Source: Vicugna vicugna (lineage: Eukaryota). Taken from it: DNA of 64,000 nucleotides. The stretch's first letter is position 1, and each line of letters starts with the position of its first letter. The translations under genes were made by a program, and so were the position numbers. Below are positions 1-12,000 of this stretch, piece by piece. The notes under the pieces were generated by a model, which saw only the letters and a list, made by a program, of their open reading frames with translations, was not told the DNA's origin and did no database searches. The stretch spans positions 692,048-756,047 of the forward strand of contig MU057947.1 in assembly GCA_013265495.1 (NCBI GenBank). Direction: 5' to 3'.

Positions 1-930
1 TCAGTTACGAAGTGATTTTTACTATTTAAACACGCGTGTAAGGGTGTGTTTCCTTTAAGAACCAACCTGCACTTTGCCAACTTGGCACCGGTGTAACTAG
101 TGCCCTCTGGACACTCTCTGGAACACCGCTCCTCCCGTAGGGGCCGTCCCTTTGTCGCTGACATCGGGACCCCCTGCCCCGCCCCGTGGGAGACGCAGCT
201 GCAAGTCCAGTGGGTCCCCTTTGGAAAGACAATAGGTGTCAATCCCCACCCGCCTCCTTCACGGCTGGAGTCTCTCCTGCAACCTCCACGCCCAGGAAAC
301 GGCTCCAAACCTGGAGCCGTCACCTCCTGGTTCCTGCAGCAGGAATGAAGAGCAAATGCAGTTTGATGTGGTTAGTCAATCAAAACGGGAATAAAGGTAT
401 TTCATCTTTGCAGCCCTGCTCATTACAGAGGCCTGTAGCCAAGGGCACCGCCAGCCCGTGTACCATGGTGTTTGGCATTCCAGGCCTGCTCGCCGTGGGG
501 CGTGGACTGCCAGCATAGTACCACAGCCTGGCCCCTGGCTGTGGCTTCATCCTCCTGTGTCCCTGCTGAAGTGGGAAATTAACCAGCAGCACAGAAGCTT
601 CCAAAGTCGGCATGCAGGCAGGGCCTCGTGTGCTGATGGGCTGAACTGCGCGCTGATCTGTACCCGCCCGGGTCCTGCGTGGAGCTCAGGGAGGACGGGA
701 GGAGGGTGCAGATGGTGATGCATCGATGGGGGATGCCGGCGAAGGGGCCAGCCTCACGCCTGTCCCTCCTTGTTGGGGGCTTGGTGACAGGCTGCGTGTG
801 GCGCTGGGCTCTAACTGGGGTGACCCCGCTCTGTGTGGCTGTGCTTCCTCTCTCAGGACTGGCAGCTATTTATAGCCGAGCTGTTGGAGCTGTTTGTCCA
901 AATAACGTCATTCTGCATTCTGCCTTTCAG

Positions 931-1070
931 ATTCCTTCACCAGGCAGGTGTTATGGAAGCTGCTGAAGGCTGTGAAATTCGGAGAAACGGTTTCTTACCA
1001 GCAATTAGCAGCCCTGGCAGGCAAGCCCAAGGCCGCGCGGGCCGTGGGAGGAGCAATGAGAAGCAATCCT
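931..1070 (+). CDS. MGMT: MGMT penultimate coding exon (helix-turn-helix DNA-binding region)
   Basis: 140-nt exon bounded by tgcctttcag| and |gtgagt. It translates (D)[46 protein letters not shown], matching human MGMT residues ~92-138 including Y114, R128 and N137. Confidence 0.98.
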
Positions 1071-4000
1071 GTGAGTTGGCATCCCCGTGGGTCACGGTGG
1101 CCGCGGTCGGCGGGTGGGCCTGGGCCTGGCACTCAGGGGGGGTCCAAGTGGTGTTTGCATCAGCGTGTTTGGGAGGCAACTGGGCTGCAGTGGGCGGGGC
1201 GGAGAGGAAGCAGCGCTGATAGCGTGGGCGGCACTGGTGGGTCCCCCCACTGTTTTGGTGAAGGAGGAAGGGAATCTTTCCCACCCCTCCACCAGCCCCA
1301 CCCCCACAGTGTCTGTCAGAACCACGGAGTGGCTGGTCACAAGAGCTCAGGGCGGCGAGCCTGGAGTGGTGCCGAGCAGACACCCGACAGTGATTCGACA
1401 GCAGTGCCGAGGGTGCCAGACCCTCTCCAGGTGCCGGGAGAACAGACAGAAAGGGCCATCCATGTGGAACCTGCACTCTGGAAAGACGCACGTGCTGGGG
1501 ACACACCCCCATTCCCAGGGGCTTCACTCTGTTAGGAGGTCCAGGCCATGGGCCTTGGGGCCTGGCACCTCACCATCTTCCAGCCTGTCTCCCTGGGAGT
1601 AGTTCTTTCCCCGGGCTCCTCCATGTCCTGGTCCCTCCTGTGCGTCTGCAGTCAGGTCTTGCTGAGAGCAAAGCTCACACACCCCAGAGGCCATCTCCCC
1701 GGAGGACAGGGCCAGGCCTGTCTTACCCAGGAAGGCAGAGGTCGCCTCTGCTCCCCAACACGCTGTGCGTGGTCTGCGGGCTGTCCAGGTTCGGGAAGGA
1801 AGTCAGTATGATTAGAGGGGAGGCGATGATGGGGGCCTGGCCAAGGCCATACGTGCCTCTGGATCCTGCGGGTGGGCAGGAGGGTGCCCTTGTCCACCCA
1901 GCAGCTTGGCCCGTGGGGAGACCCCACACGCCTGCATGGGGCCCTGGAACATTCCCAGTCTCACTAGCCCCCAGTGCCTGCCAGGGCCTGCTGTCGCGTT
2001 AGAATGGTTTCTCCCTAGAGCTATAGGGAAGTGTCCACGGTGGTCGGTGACAACCGGCCTCTGAGGGGAGCACATCTGACATCATGGGATGCGGAATTAC
2101 TACATCACAGAGACCCCGCTTTCTTAAAAATCTCGGTGGCTTTGCTCTGTGTCCTCAAAACTGTCTCCATCCCTGCTCACGGGGAGCCTGGCGTTTACAC
2201 ATGCAGCCCACGGCTCGCGGCAGCCCAAGGGCAGAGCCCGGGTCTCTAGGAGGTGCAGCCACGCGGCCTTTCACACAAAGCTTGTTACTTGAGTGGCAGG
2301 CCCTGCAGGTTGGTAGGGGCTGTACTGTCTCCACGTGCATCTGATCTAGAGAAGAGTTTTCTGTGCTATTAAAAATCCCGAATCGTCAGGAACGATGTGT
2401 GGTACGGACAACACTGCACACCGACCCCCCGCATCTCTGCGTGTCCCGCGTCCTCGTTGACGAGGGCTGGTAGGCGCAGGCAGCGTTCCGTTTTGCACCC
2501 GTTGAGCTTGAATGGCAGCGGCCCAGCTGCGTCGTGGCGCACACCTCCTCCACGCCCTGCAGGTGCACGCCGGTGGTCCTGAGTTAAATTTCTGGATGTG
2601 ACGTTTCACGTTTCCCAGCAAAGCTTAAGCTATGCCTTCCCGCCGAGAGGCCACTGTCTTCTCCAAGGGTGACTTTGCTCTAGACGGAGCCCGTTCAGAC
2701 ACTGTGGCACCAAGGCTCCACGTGATGCCATGGGGACGACCGTGGGAGGCCCCCTTGGCCCCCTCCTGCATCACAGAGGCGCCATGTTCTGTGACGTTCT
2801 CCCCGTGTCCCAGACCACCCCTGCTTCAGGCCGGGCTTCTCCTGGTCACGCCCTCACCGAGGTTCGCCCGAGTCCTCGGTGTGCACACCTGTCTGCTCTG
2901 CAGGCAGACAGCTCTGCTAGCTGACGTCTGCAGTGCGTCTCCCTGGCCTCTCGCCATCCAGCGGCTCCTTGCTTTCTGGGGGGAGGCCACGGCCGGGCAG
3001 CGATCGCGCTTGTGGCGATATTCAGATTCATTTATTGTCCTGAAAACGGCATGAGTCTCCCCTCCTGCTATCAATCTCTACGAATGTCTCTGCCCAAGGA
3101 TGGCCTCAGTCACTGAAATTTATAAAACAGGATCTCAAAGGGCTCAAAACTCTAATGTCCACAAAGTCCCCGTATTGACACCGCCGTCGGGGGCCTGAAC
3201 CCAGGTGGCCGTGAGGACACACTGAGGAGTCTCCCTTCTCGGGCCCTCCTGTGCCGCAGGCCCCAGGGTGGCCCTGAGTCCTCCATGGCCTTTCCCTGCG
3301 CGTCACTCTGTGGTTGGGCACCGCCCATGACTCACACAGGGACCTCAACTTGACGAGAAGGTTGCAGAGGTGCCGGCAGCCACGGGACCCACGAGCCACC
3401 TCCAGGTGTGGCACAGACACCGCGGACAGGAGCCACGTGCTCCTGTGGCTCGGCCCGGCGGAGTGAGCATCCTCCCGGGGCTCCACAGAGTTGATGAAAA
3501 GAACCTCCTTAGAGCAAACGGGCTGAGGGGTCCACAGGGTGGCCCTGGGGGCCTGACGGAGAACCCGGCCCTGCTCAGGTCTCCCTTCGGGGCTGAGGGC
3601 GAGGGGCCCGGCCTCAGAACCGTACATGTGGGTCCAGCATGGAGGCTGAGTTGGTGAGAGGTCGACATTGAAAACATCTCCATGTTCAGGCTGAAAAGAG
3701 CCAGAGTGCATTTCGGGGAGGAGAGTGAGAAACGGACTTGGAGTGTCGCAAACCCCAGGAAGCTCCCTGCGCACTCGCTCCTTGGGTGGCTCGGAGGGAA
3801 CAGGGACACGTGGCGGGTCGGACTCCAGCGCTTGCTCTCGGCGTGGCCGCCTCTCGCCCGCCAGAGGGAGGGGTGGTTTCTGCTGTTGTTGGGAAGTCAC
3901 ATCCCATCCTCGGCCCTGGATTTTTCCAGAGTTTTCCATGAAGAAATTCACAGCCCAGGTCAGATGGCCTGGCAGCCTTCCGGAAGGCCCCCTCCCAGGC

Positions 4001-7000
4001 CCAGCCTGGAGGATGGTCAGCTTTCTGGTGGAACACGGCCCTCCCCGATCAAGCACCCTCCAGTCACCCTCGGACAGAATTTGCTAAATGCAGTTCAAAG
4101 GCAGTCAATACTCGCACAGAGCATTTCCCCACCTTCTTCCAAACAAACACATTCCTGAGGAGTTAGTTTATTCACAGATCGCCACGAGCGCTAATGACCC
4201 CCCGAGTCTTGTTCTGCCAGTCACCCGGATGGTTGTTGATAAAGATTTAGCATCATGTTCTGAGTGTCAGGGCTGTCAGTGGGGCTGAACCATTTGACCA
4301 GAAGAAGAAAACGCACAGGGAGCTATTGATTACAGCTTCTCAGTGTCACTTGTTCACCAGGATTTAGGTATTGATGAGCCGCGAGTGAAAACAAGCCTTT
4401 CCCTTGTGGGCCGCTGCCCCCGAGAACAAAGGCGAAGTTGGAGAAAACACTCAGCCGGCACCAGAATCAGAGGGATTCCGTTATTGATTGAAAGGCCCCT
4501 TCGTGTTATTTTTGCTGGAGACAAATCTATGGGTTTGGAAGTTTTATAGCTTTTGAGAAAGGGTCTGTGTAAGCGATGGATTCGCATATCGGGTGAATCA
4601 GGTTTCCCGGCGTGAAGATCTCAGGGCAGCTGCGATAGCAGGAGCTGCTTGGTTATTGATAAAAATTGCAGCCTACGCAGCACAGGCTTCACGGAGAGGG
4701 CCCAGAGGGTGCTGATCCTTTGAAATGTCCTTAGGGCCCCAATACATTCTGGCAGGCTTCATTATTTTAAGAGTCTGAAACTTGACACCAAAATTAGCAC
4801 ATACAGAAGCAGCGTTCCCGTTTCTAGAGGTGAAGGTGGTGCGTGTTTGGTGAGTCACCTGTTCTGCATCGCCATGTACGAGAGAGGAAGACGGGGCAGA
4901 GAGGTCGTTCCAATTGCCATTCCGGGCGAGCGGTCCTGTTATCTGCATGATGTATGGAAACCGGGAGAGAGAAAGAGAGAGGTTCGCATTACGCACTGCC
5001 ACAATTTCATAGCTTGTTGGGGGAGAGGGCGGGAAATCCACGCTCACCTGTGAAATCTGCCGTTAGGTAGGAAAATTGAATTGGTGCCTAAATGTTTGTA
5101 AAACTAAATTGAATTAAATGTCTCCCTCTTTATCAGTCCAGAGCTTGAACTGTATGTTATCTGATCATGTCTTCACAGCAGTTATTAACGTGACTGTTGT
5201 GTTTGATAAAAACCCTCAGTCAGAGCAAACATTCCACCCTTAAAGTTCCTGTCCCTCCCGCCAAGCAGATGGGAGGCACGAGCCGTCTTCAGGACCTGGA
5301 GGTGCGACTGCTGCTTGCCGGGTTAAACCACGCTGGGAAGGGAGCCAGCTCACTCTCACCCTCGCCACGCAGGTCGGGGTTAGGACCCCTGGGTGAATGA
5401 GTCACCACAGCAACCCAAGCTCCTGGTCTGTGAGCTGGTGAGGTCGGACTCCCACCTCCCCCGGCCAGCTCACCGCAAGCGCCCCGGCCCCCCGCAGCAG
5501 TACCCCTGCGGGCAGTGTGCTTTGCATGTGACCTCGGGCTAGAGGCCCTTCCCGAGTCCTGAGTGGCCGCTTGTCAGGACCCTTGTGCAAAACACCTTGG
5601 ACCCCCCAGAGCCCCACGCGGTCTTCATCCCTGTGTTTGGTGGCTCCTGGCGTGTGGCTCCCTGGCATGTGCCGAGTGTGCCTGACCTGTGTCCACTGGC
5701 TGCCCAGGAAGAGAGGTCAGCAGCCCCAGACGATTCCCATCCACTGTGGTTTTCAGGGTCTGTAAATTACATCCCTTTCTCCCTGCCGTGTTCTGAGCCA
5801 GCTAAGACATGGCTAAAGGACATCATGACACTCGCTTTCTTGGGATAAAAGCTTGGCTGGAGAGGTGGCGTAGCCAGCTTCTAGGAATTCCCACCGTAGA
5901 CGGGGGGGCTACGAAGCACGTGGGCAGGTGGGGTGAGGCCTGGGTGTGGCTGCAGGGATGACAAGCAGCCCGTGGGAAGGGCCCCTCTCGAACCCAGCGC
6001 CCCGAGCCCTGGCGTCCAGTCTCCGATGTGGGGTATCAGATGTCCACAGGTCTGCATGGTGCCACTCAGGCGAGGAAAGAATGTTCTGGGTGCAGGGTGA
6101 CACCCTGTCCTAGGGCCGTCAGTGCCCAGCACCCAGGCCTGCCCACCTGACCAGCCCCCGGGAGCTGGGCCCTCGCCCTCTGAGGCTGGGCCAGCCCTGC
6201 CCCTCCCCGGGGACTAGAGCTGCAGCACTTTGAGCCTCAGGCGAGCTTCTCCGGGAGGGTGAGGTGGGTGCACAGAGCCCAGCCTGTGCCTGTGTTTCCC
6301 GGCACATCTCAGGCACTGGCCCTGGGTGGCGGGCACTGCCCTGGGTCCCCACCGCAGGGCCCTCTGACAGTCGGCAGCTCTCGGGTTGTGTCCGGGCTTG
6401 TTTTCATTATTAAGTGGACTTGCTGTTAGTGGGGTCGCTCTGTGGGCTCAGGGCAGGCACCTCACCACTCCACTTGTCTCCAGGGTAAAAGGCCAGGGCA
6501 GCTCTGTCTTTGCATTGGGCTTTCTGGAGGCGGCAGGGACCTTGTGGAGGAGGGAGGGAGGGCATGGCCCTGGAGCCCGGGGTCCTGAATGGGGTCGTGG
6601 AAGAGCTGGCTGGTCCCTCCCAGCCCAGGATCAAGGCGGGGGTCGTGACTCAGGTAGGAGCAGATGGGAACTGGAGGTTCTTGAACTTCCCATGTCCGGA
6701 GACTCAGAGGGAGGCAGGTGCGCCTGGGCACGGGCGCGTGAAGCAGAGGCAAACCTTTCCCACGAAGGCCTGGGCGCTGAGTGCTTCAGGCAGGCGGCGT
6801 GTACCAGTGAGTGTGGCTGTATTTTAGGGGAACTTTATTTACAAAAGCAGGTGTGGCCTGCATGGGCCACAGCCACAGCCAGCCAGCCTGTGGGTTAAAG
6901 GGGCCTGTGTGAGTGCAGGATCCCCTGACGTCTGTTACCTCTTGGAGATGTTTTGAGAATTTCACATCAAAACTCATAGCTTGGAAATACAGTTTTAAAT

Positions 7001-7239
7001 TTTGTAGGTATACATAACAGATCATATGTGAAGTGAAACTAAGTTTCTCCTCCTAAATCTTAGCATCAAGGAATTCTCTAGAAGACGTCCCGCATTGGCC
7101 TCAGGCATGGGGTCTGTCCCAGCACCCCGTCGCCAGCAGCCCGCGCGTGGCCACATCCCTGCGAGGCAGGCCTGGACCAGCCGTGCAGACCCCATCGGCC
7201 GTGATCCCCGACTGACGGTGCTTCCTCCCTGTTTTCCAG
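1071..7239 (+). other. MGMT: MGMT last intron (6169 nt, phase 0, GT-AG)
   Basis: GTGAGT donor at 1071; ACTGAC branch-point-like motif at 7211-7216; pyrimidine tract and CAG acceptor ending at 7239; the reading frame is continuous across the junction ([11 protein letters not shown]). Confidence 0.95.
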
Positions 7240-7449
7240 GTCGCCATCCTGGTCCCGTGCCACCGTGTGGTCCGCAGCAGCGGGGCCATGGGCAACTACT
7301 CGGGAGGCATGGCCGTGAAGGAATGGCTCCTGGCCCACGAGGGCAGCCCGGCGGGGAAGCCGGCCCGCGCAGGGCGCTCCCGCCCTACCAGCGCCTGGCG
7401 CGGGGCCCTGGGCGGCACCGCCAGCGCTCAGCCTGCTGGCCGAAATTGA
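7240..7449 (+). CDS. MGMT: MGMT terminal coding exon with the active-site PCHR motif
   Basis: Translates [69 protein letters not shown]. It has the alkyltransferase PCHRV signature, KEWLLAHEG and the PAGRN* end seen in human MGMT. Confidence 0.98.
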   Translation, partial: VAILVPCHRVVRSSGAMGNYSGGMAVKEWLLAHEGSPAGKPARAGRSRPTSAWRGALGGTASAQPAGRN

Positions 7450-7521
7450 GCATCTGTGTGGGGACAGGTTGGCATATCCATGTGGTGGCTGGCGGGAGGT
7501 GGGGGTGGGGGGCCCTGCCCC

Positions 7522-7527
7522 ATTAAA
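7522..7527 (+). terminator. MGMT: MGMT proximal polyadenylation signal ATTAAA
   Basis: First poly(A) hexamer after the stop, 72 nt downstream. Its context ATTAAAGGA resembles the human MGMT short 3'UTR signal as recalled. Confidence 0.75.
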
Positions 7528-9042
7528 GGAGCTGGAGAGTCCGGGCTGCCTATCTGTTCTTCAATTTACACCCGCAGCACAGGGAGGCCCGAGACCGGCC
7601 GCCGCGCTGTTCCATCCTCTCGCGCTGTTACTGTCCCACGTCTGATGTCTGTTAAATCAGGGATGAGAGGGTGGGGGACTGGCCACTGTGAGGGTGATCG
7701 CCCTGGAGGAGGGGCGTCTAGTGCCCCCAGAACTGCTGGCTGCCCCGGACACCGCAGCTGCGCCCAGAGCCAGCCAAGCCACGGGGGCCCGGGACCCCAT
7801 ACAGGTCCATCCCCTGAAACAGCGACCCGCGCCCAGCATGCTCCCCGCCTTCCCTTCCCTCTCAGCTGCTGAAGCTGCCGGTATGATGCTGAGGGAAGGG
7901 GCCGGCCCTGGAGGAGGTGCCTGTGGATGTGTCCACGTGGGGTCATATCAACCAAATAGAAAACAGCCACTTGCCAGAATGATCTGGGAAAACAAGCAGC
8001 AATTTGGGCTTGGATGTGGCTGAAACGGCACCTTCCTAAGGAGTTGAGTTTCACCCCGGCCTCTCCTGCCGCCCATAGCCTTAGCGTGCTCTGGACAGAA
8101 GGTGACGTGGGACGCCCATCTCTCCTTCCCGACACCCTGACGTCGACCTGGGAGTAGGGGTCACACATGCAAGGGGTCAGCTCTTGTCACCACCCGGCGT
8201 GGGGAGTATTTCCCACGCCTGCCACACACCACAGTCTGATACTTCACTGTCATGTTGCCATTTTAACTTTATAATTAATTCACTTATCCAAAAAAACATG
8301 AGGGGAACTTGTAGGTCTGTGTGGATAAGTAAACCAGAGCATCTGAAATATGGAGAAAACAAGCTACACCCAGCTGGGCGAAAGGAAGCTTTGTCGGGGC
8401 GCCTGTGACAGTGTCCACAACAGCAGATGCTCGAGTGGTTTGTGTGCGTCGCCAGAAACCCGGGTGAAAATACAGCCTTGCACGTGCTCGGCGCGGGGGT
8501 GCTTTGTATTTCACGTTTCCTTAACACCCACAAAAATCGGGGGCCTAACAAACAGAACTAGACTTCTCTCACCAGTTTGTGATTTATTACATCCTTTTCT
8601 TAATCAGCCAAATTAATTCTGGCTTTTTTTTTTTTGCTCAAAAATAAAATATGACCGTTAACCCATGCATTATCTTCTAACCGCAGTCCTTCTCAGGACG
8701 TCTGTAAAGCAAGCTGAGTTAGGGAGCTGCGCAGATGGCCAGTCTGCGGACGGGCCTGAGTCTCCCTGCTCCATCCTCACAGGCAGCGAACCTCAACATG
8801 CCCTCAGTGAGCTGCCCATCTCTCTGTTCCTGACGTGCTCGGGGGACAAGTAGGGGGTCTGGGGGGCTCTTTGCGTCTGGGGGCAGTGAGGGTGGTTGTG
8901 TTCTGAATTCTCGGAGGGAAACGCTTCGCTCCAGGTGCACAGTCACCAGGACACCCTCCTCTGCCCAGAGCAGGGCAGGAGGCTGTGCTGCCCGAGGTCT
9001 CAGGCTCCAGCCTGTGGGCCTGGGCGTGGTCCTGTCGGGCGC

Positions 9043-9061
9043 TTTCCAATAGAGGGCGCTG
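9043..9061 (+). promoter_or_regulatory. Candidate CTCF binding site
   Basis: TTTCCAATAGAGGGCGCTG aligns to the CTCF core CCASYAGRKGGCRS with one core mismatch. Confidence 0.5.
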
Positions 9062-12000
9062 CCGCAGTGCGCTGGGCTGGGCTGGGCCCGGCTGGGCTGG
9101 GGAGGCCCGACTGCTGCTGCTGGGAGATGGGTCTGAAAATGGGGGCAGGGTAGACCTCTCCAGTCAGCCGCCTCTGTGACAGTCCCCAGAGCACACGTTG
9201 TCACGGGGCTGCTGGTGGACGGGCAGGCCCCTCCCTCTGCAGCGCCGTCAGACCCTGAGGACATGTCCCATGTCACCCACACCCTCTGCACCCAGACCGC
9301 CCCTGGGCCTGGGGAGCAGGGGTCCCCTGGGCGATGGGCGCCTCCCACTGTCACCTCCAGGCCTCCAGGCCTGCTCCAGGGGAGGGTCCAGGGCCGAGCA
9401 GCCACATGCCTGCGGCCAGCAAGGGCCCAGCCCCCGCGGGGCACAGCCACGTCTGGTCAGGGACCCGCAGCAAGGCTGTCCACGCTGACCCCACGCCTCT
9501 GCAGCCTGGCCCTGCTGTTTGGGCTGTGCCCTCGGTGTGGTACAAAACCACGTTCTGTTTCCAGTCTCCCAGGGCTTCCTCGGCCCTGTCAGAGCAAACT
9601 TGATAAATGCCCCGAGGTCCCTACTCAGAGCATGGCCGTGTACCGCTCCGGGACGGGCTCCGGAGGCCAACATGAAAGGCCCGCGCAGTCGCCCAAGGCC
9701 GCTGCCGCCGGCGGGGCGGCACGTTTATGAAAGTCAAGAGGAAAAGAGGCACAAAGACAAAACTATTTTCCCAACGAAAAGAAATGTCGAAACAAGAAAG
9801 CTGTGTTCTTTGGCCTCGGCCTCGGGCCCCCCACGGTCAGGTCCCCCCTGCCATCCAGCACGGGACTTTGACCGCTGACACCTGGAGCCCGGTGGTGGGA
9901 CAGCAGCTTGGCCGGCGCGGGCTGTGTTCGCCCATTCCCAGAGACCCGGGTCGTGAAAGGCGCAGGGATAGTGTTTGTTTTCGCAGAACCCAGTGGTGAT
10001 GAAGGAGCTGCCCCTGGCCGCGCGGGAAGGGTTGGCATGTTCTCCTCCCTCTCCTTTCACCCATGAGGGGCCAGGGTGTCCAGGACACCCAGCCCTGTGC
10101 ACCGCGTCCGTGGCTGCGGACAGTGATGGAGCCTCGGCAGGCGTCCGACCTCTCTGTCCTGGGGAGGAGGGGCTGTGACTGCAGCAGCCAGGGTGCCTTG
10201 TGGGGGCCGCACCAGCCAGGGGTCTGGAGGAAGTCGTGGTGGGAGTCGGGACGCCACGCAGGCCAGCGTGTTTCTGAGGAAGGGAGCGGGCTCACCTCGG
10301 AGGTGACTGAGCTGGGGTTTTTAACTCACGTCCACTTACCCAGCAGAACAGAAACAGCAGAACCGCAGGGGCAGCACGTTCCTTGGCTGGAGATGGAGGG
10401 TGTCCTCTCTCACGGGAATATCTCCTTGGGTGCACTTCTCACCCAGGCCCTTGGCTCTCCACCCCTGCAAGCCCTTTATTACCCCAAACCTCCTCTTCTG
10501 AGCAGCCAAGCATGTCCAGGGTAGGTAGTGTTATACTGAAACCATTTCTTTGTTTCTTAACCTGTCATGAACAGCAGTGATATCCCAGAGAAGTCTTCCT
10601 TTAAGGCTGCAGTGTCAGAATAAAAACCATCCGTGGAGTTTCTTAAAATGTTTTGAAAGTGGTGTTGCGATCTGGCGGGAGCCTGTAGGGTTTAGGAGCC
10701 GCTCGGGGGGCCCCGCCCGACAGGAAGCCCCTGGCAAAGCAGACAGGCGAGCACTGGCAGCCGAGTCCCCGTGTCCTCAGTCCCTGCAGGCTCACCGGCG
10801 CGGCCGGCACGGCCACAGCCGGAAGAGGCAGGTGTACAGCTGGATCGACGCGAGGACGGTTCCTGCCGCCTAAGAGCTTGCCGAAGACCTTAGCGTTGTT
10901 CCGGTTTCAAGCTGCATCGTAGGTGGACTCTGAAATGACAGGTAAATTGTCTCAATGTGGGACACACAGAAAAGAACGAGAGTTTGTTTTGTTTTACTCA
11001 GAAGACTCCCAGAAGACAAGTTGGGGAGCCCCCCTTTCCCTGCCGCCCCCGGGCTGTGCCACGCCTGGGTCTCCACACACCTCGTTGGCCTGTGGGTCTT
11101 CTTGAGACTGTCCTGGTGGTGGGGTCACGGGGAGGGGCAGATGGAGGCCCGAGGTGAGGCTTGAACTGTGTTTGGCCTCCCTCAGCCTGTGTAGGATTTT
11201 TCTCTTGTTCGTGGGCATTTGATATAAAGTTTGTGTTTGGGAAGCTGAAGTTCACATCAATTTTACCTGCTGTCAGCTTGAAAGACATTGAGGTTCAGAG
11301 GGAACTCTGCAGTGCAGCCCCTGTCTGTCTGTCTGTCTGTCTGCAGGAGCAGAATGGTGGTTGAAAGCCAGACCCGGGGCCTGGAGAAACTGCAGGTACC
11401 GGCCCGTCTCTCAGTGACTGAGGGCGGCCTTCCAGAGCCCCCGGACCCCGTGGCTCCGGCTGCGGACAGATGGAGGGCATCTGGCCTCCATCACCAGGGC
11501 GGCCCTGATAGGATCTGCGCCGGGCGGGCAGGGTGGACAGGGACGAGGACGGCGCCTTGATGGATGAAAGGATGTCATTAACAAGCCTTTAAAGTTCCTC
11601 ATTAATGTTTTTTCACTGCAAAAAGCCACAAGGAAAAACTCCACGTGGACAGCAGTTAAGATCGATCCCGAGAAGCGTGGTGCCGGTGCCACTGGTGCCT
11701 GCAGACACCCTCCTGCTTACCAGCTGGTTTGGAGCTGTCCCCCTGGGGCGGGGCAGGGGCGGGTGGTGACTGCTCTCAGACTGTCCGTGACACTGTGGCC
11801 AGGACACAGGGCTTCCCGAGTGGTCCCCGTGAGCTCTGGTGCAGGGGGACGGGGCGGAGTCTGCCCCTCCAGGGAGGCTGGCCCCAGGGAGCTCTCGGAG
11901 CAAGTGTGTGCGTGCCTCCTTGACTGTGCCGTTCCTGGGGTGAGGGGGTGAGTGTGGCCAGGACGGAGCAGAGGCCGGAGGGCCTCACGTCTTTTCTTTC

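Noticed and set aside
948..1535. 195-aa ORF starting with MGMT sequence
   Set aside because: Only 931-1070 is exonic. The rest is read-through past the GTGAGT donor into GC-rich intron with no protein-like features.
3106..4056. 316-aa minus-strand ORF, and other long ORFs such as 8719-9450, 39398-40186, 42205-42921 and 55613-56452
   Set aside because: Pro/Gly/Arg/Ala-rich with no recognisable domain, and overlapping ORFs in several frames. This is expected from stop-codon scarcity in GC-rich DNA, and some overlap repeats.
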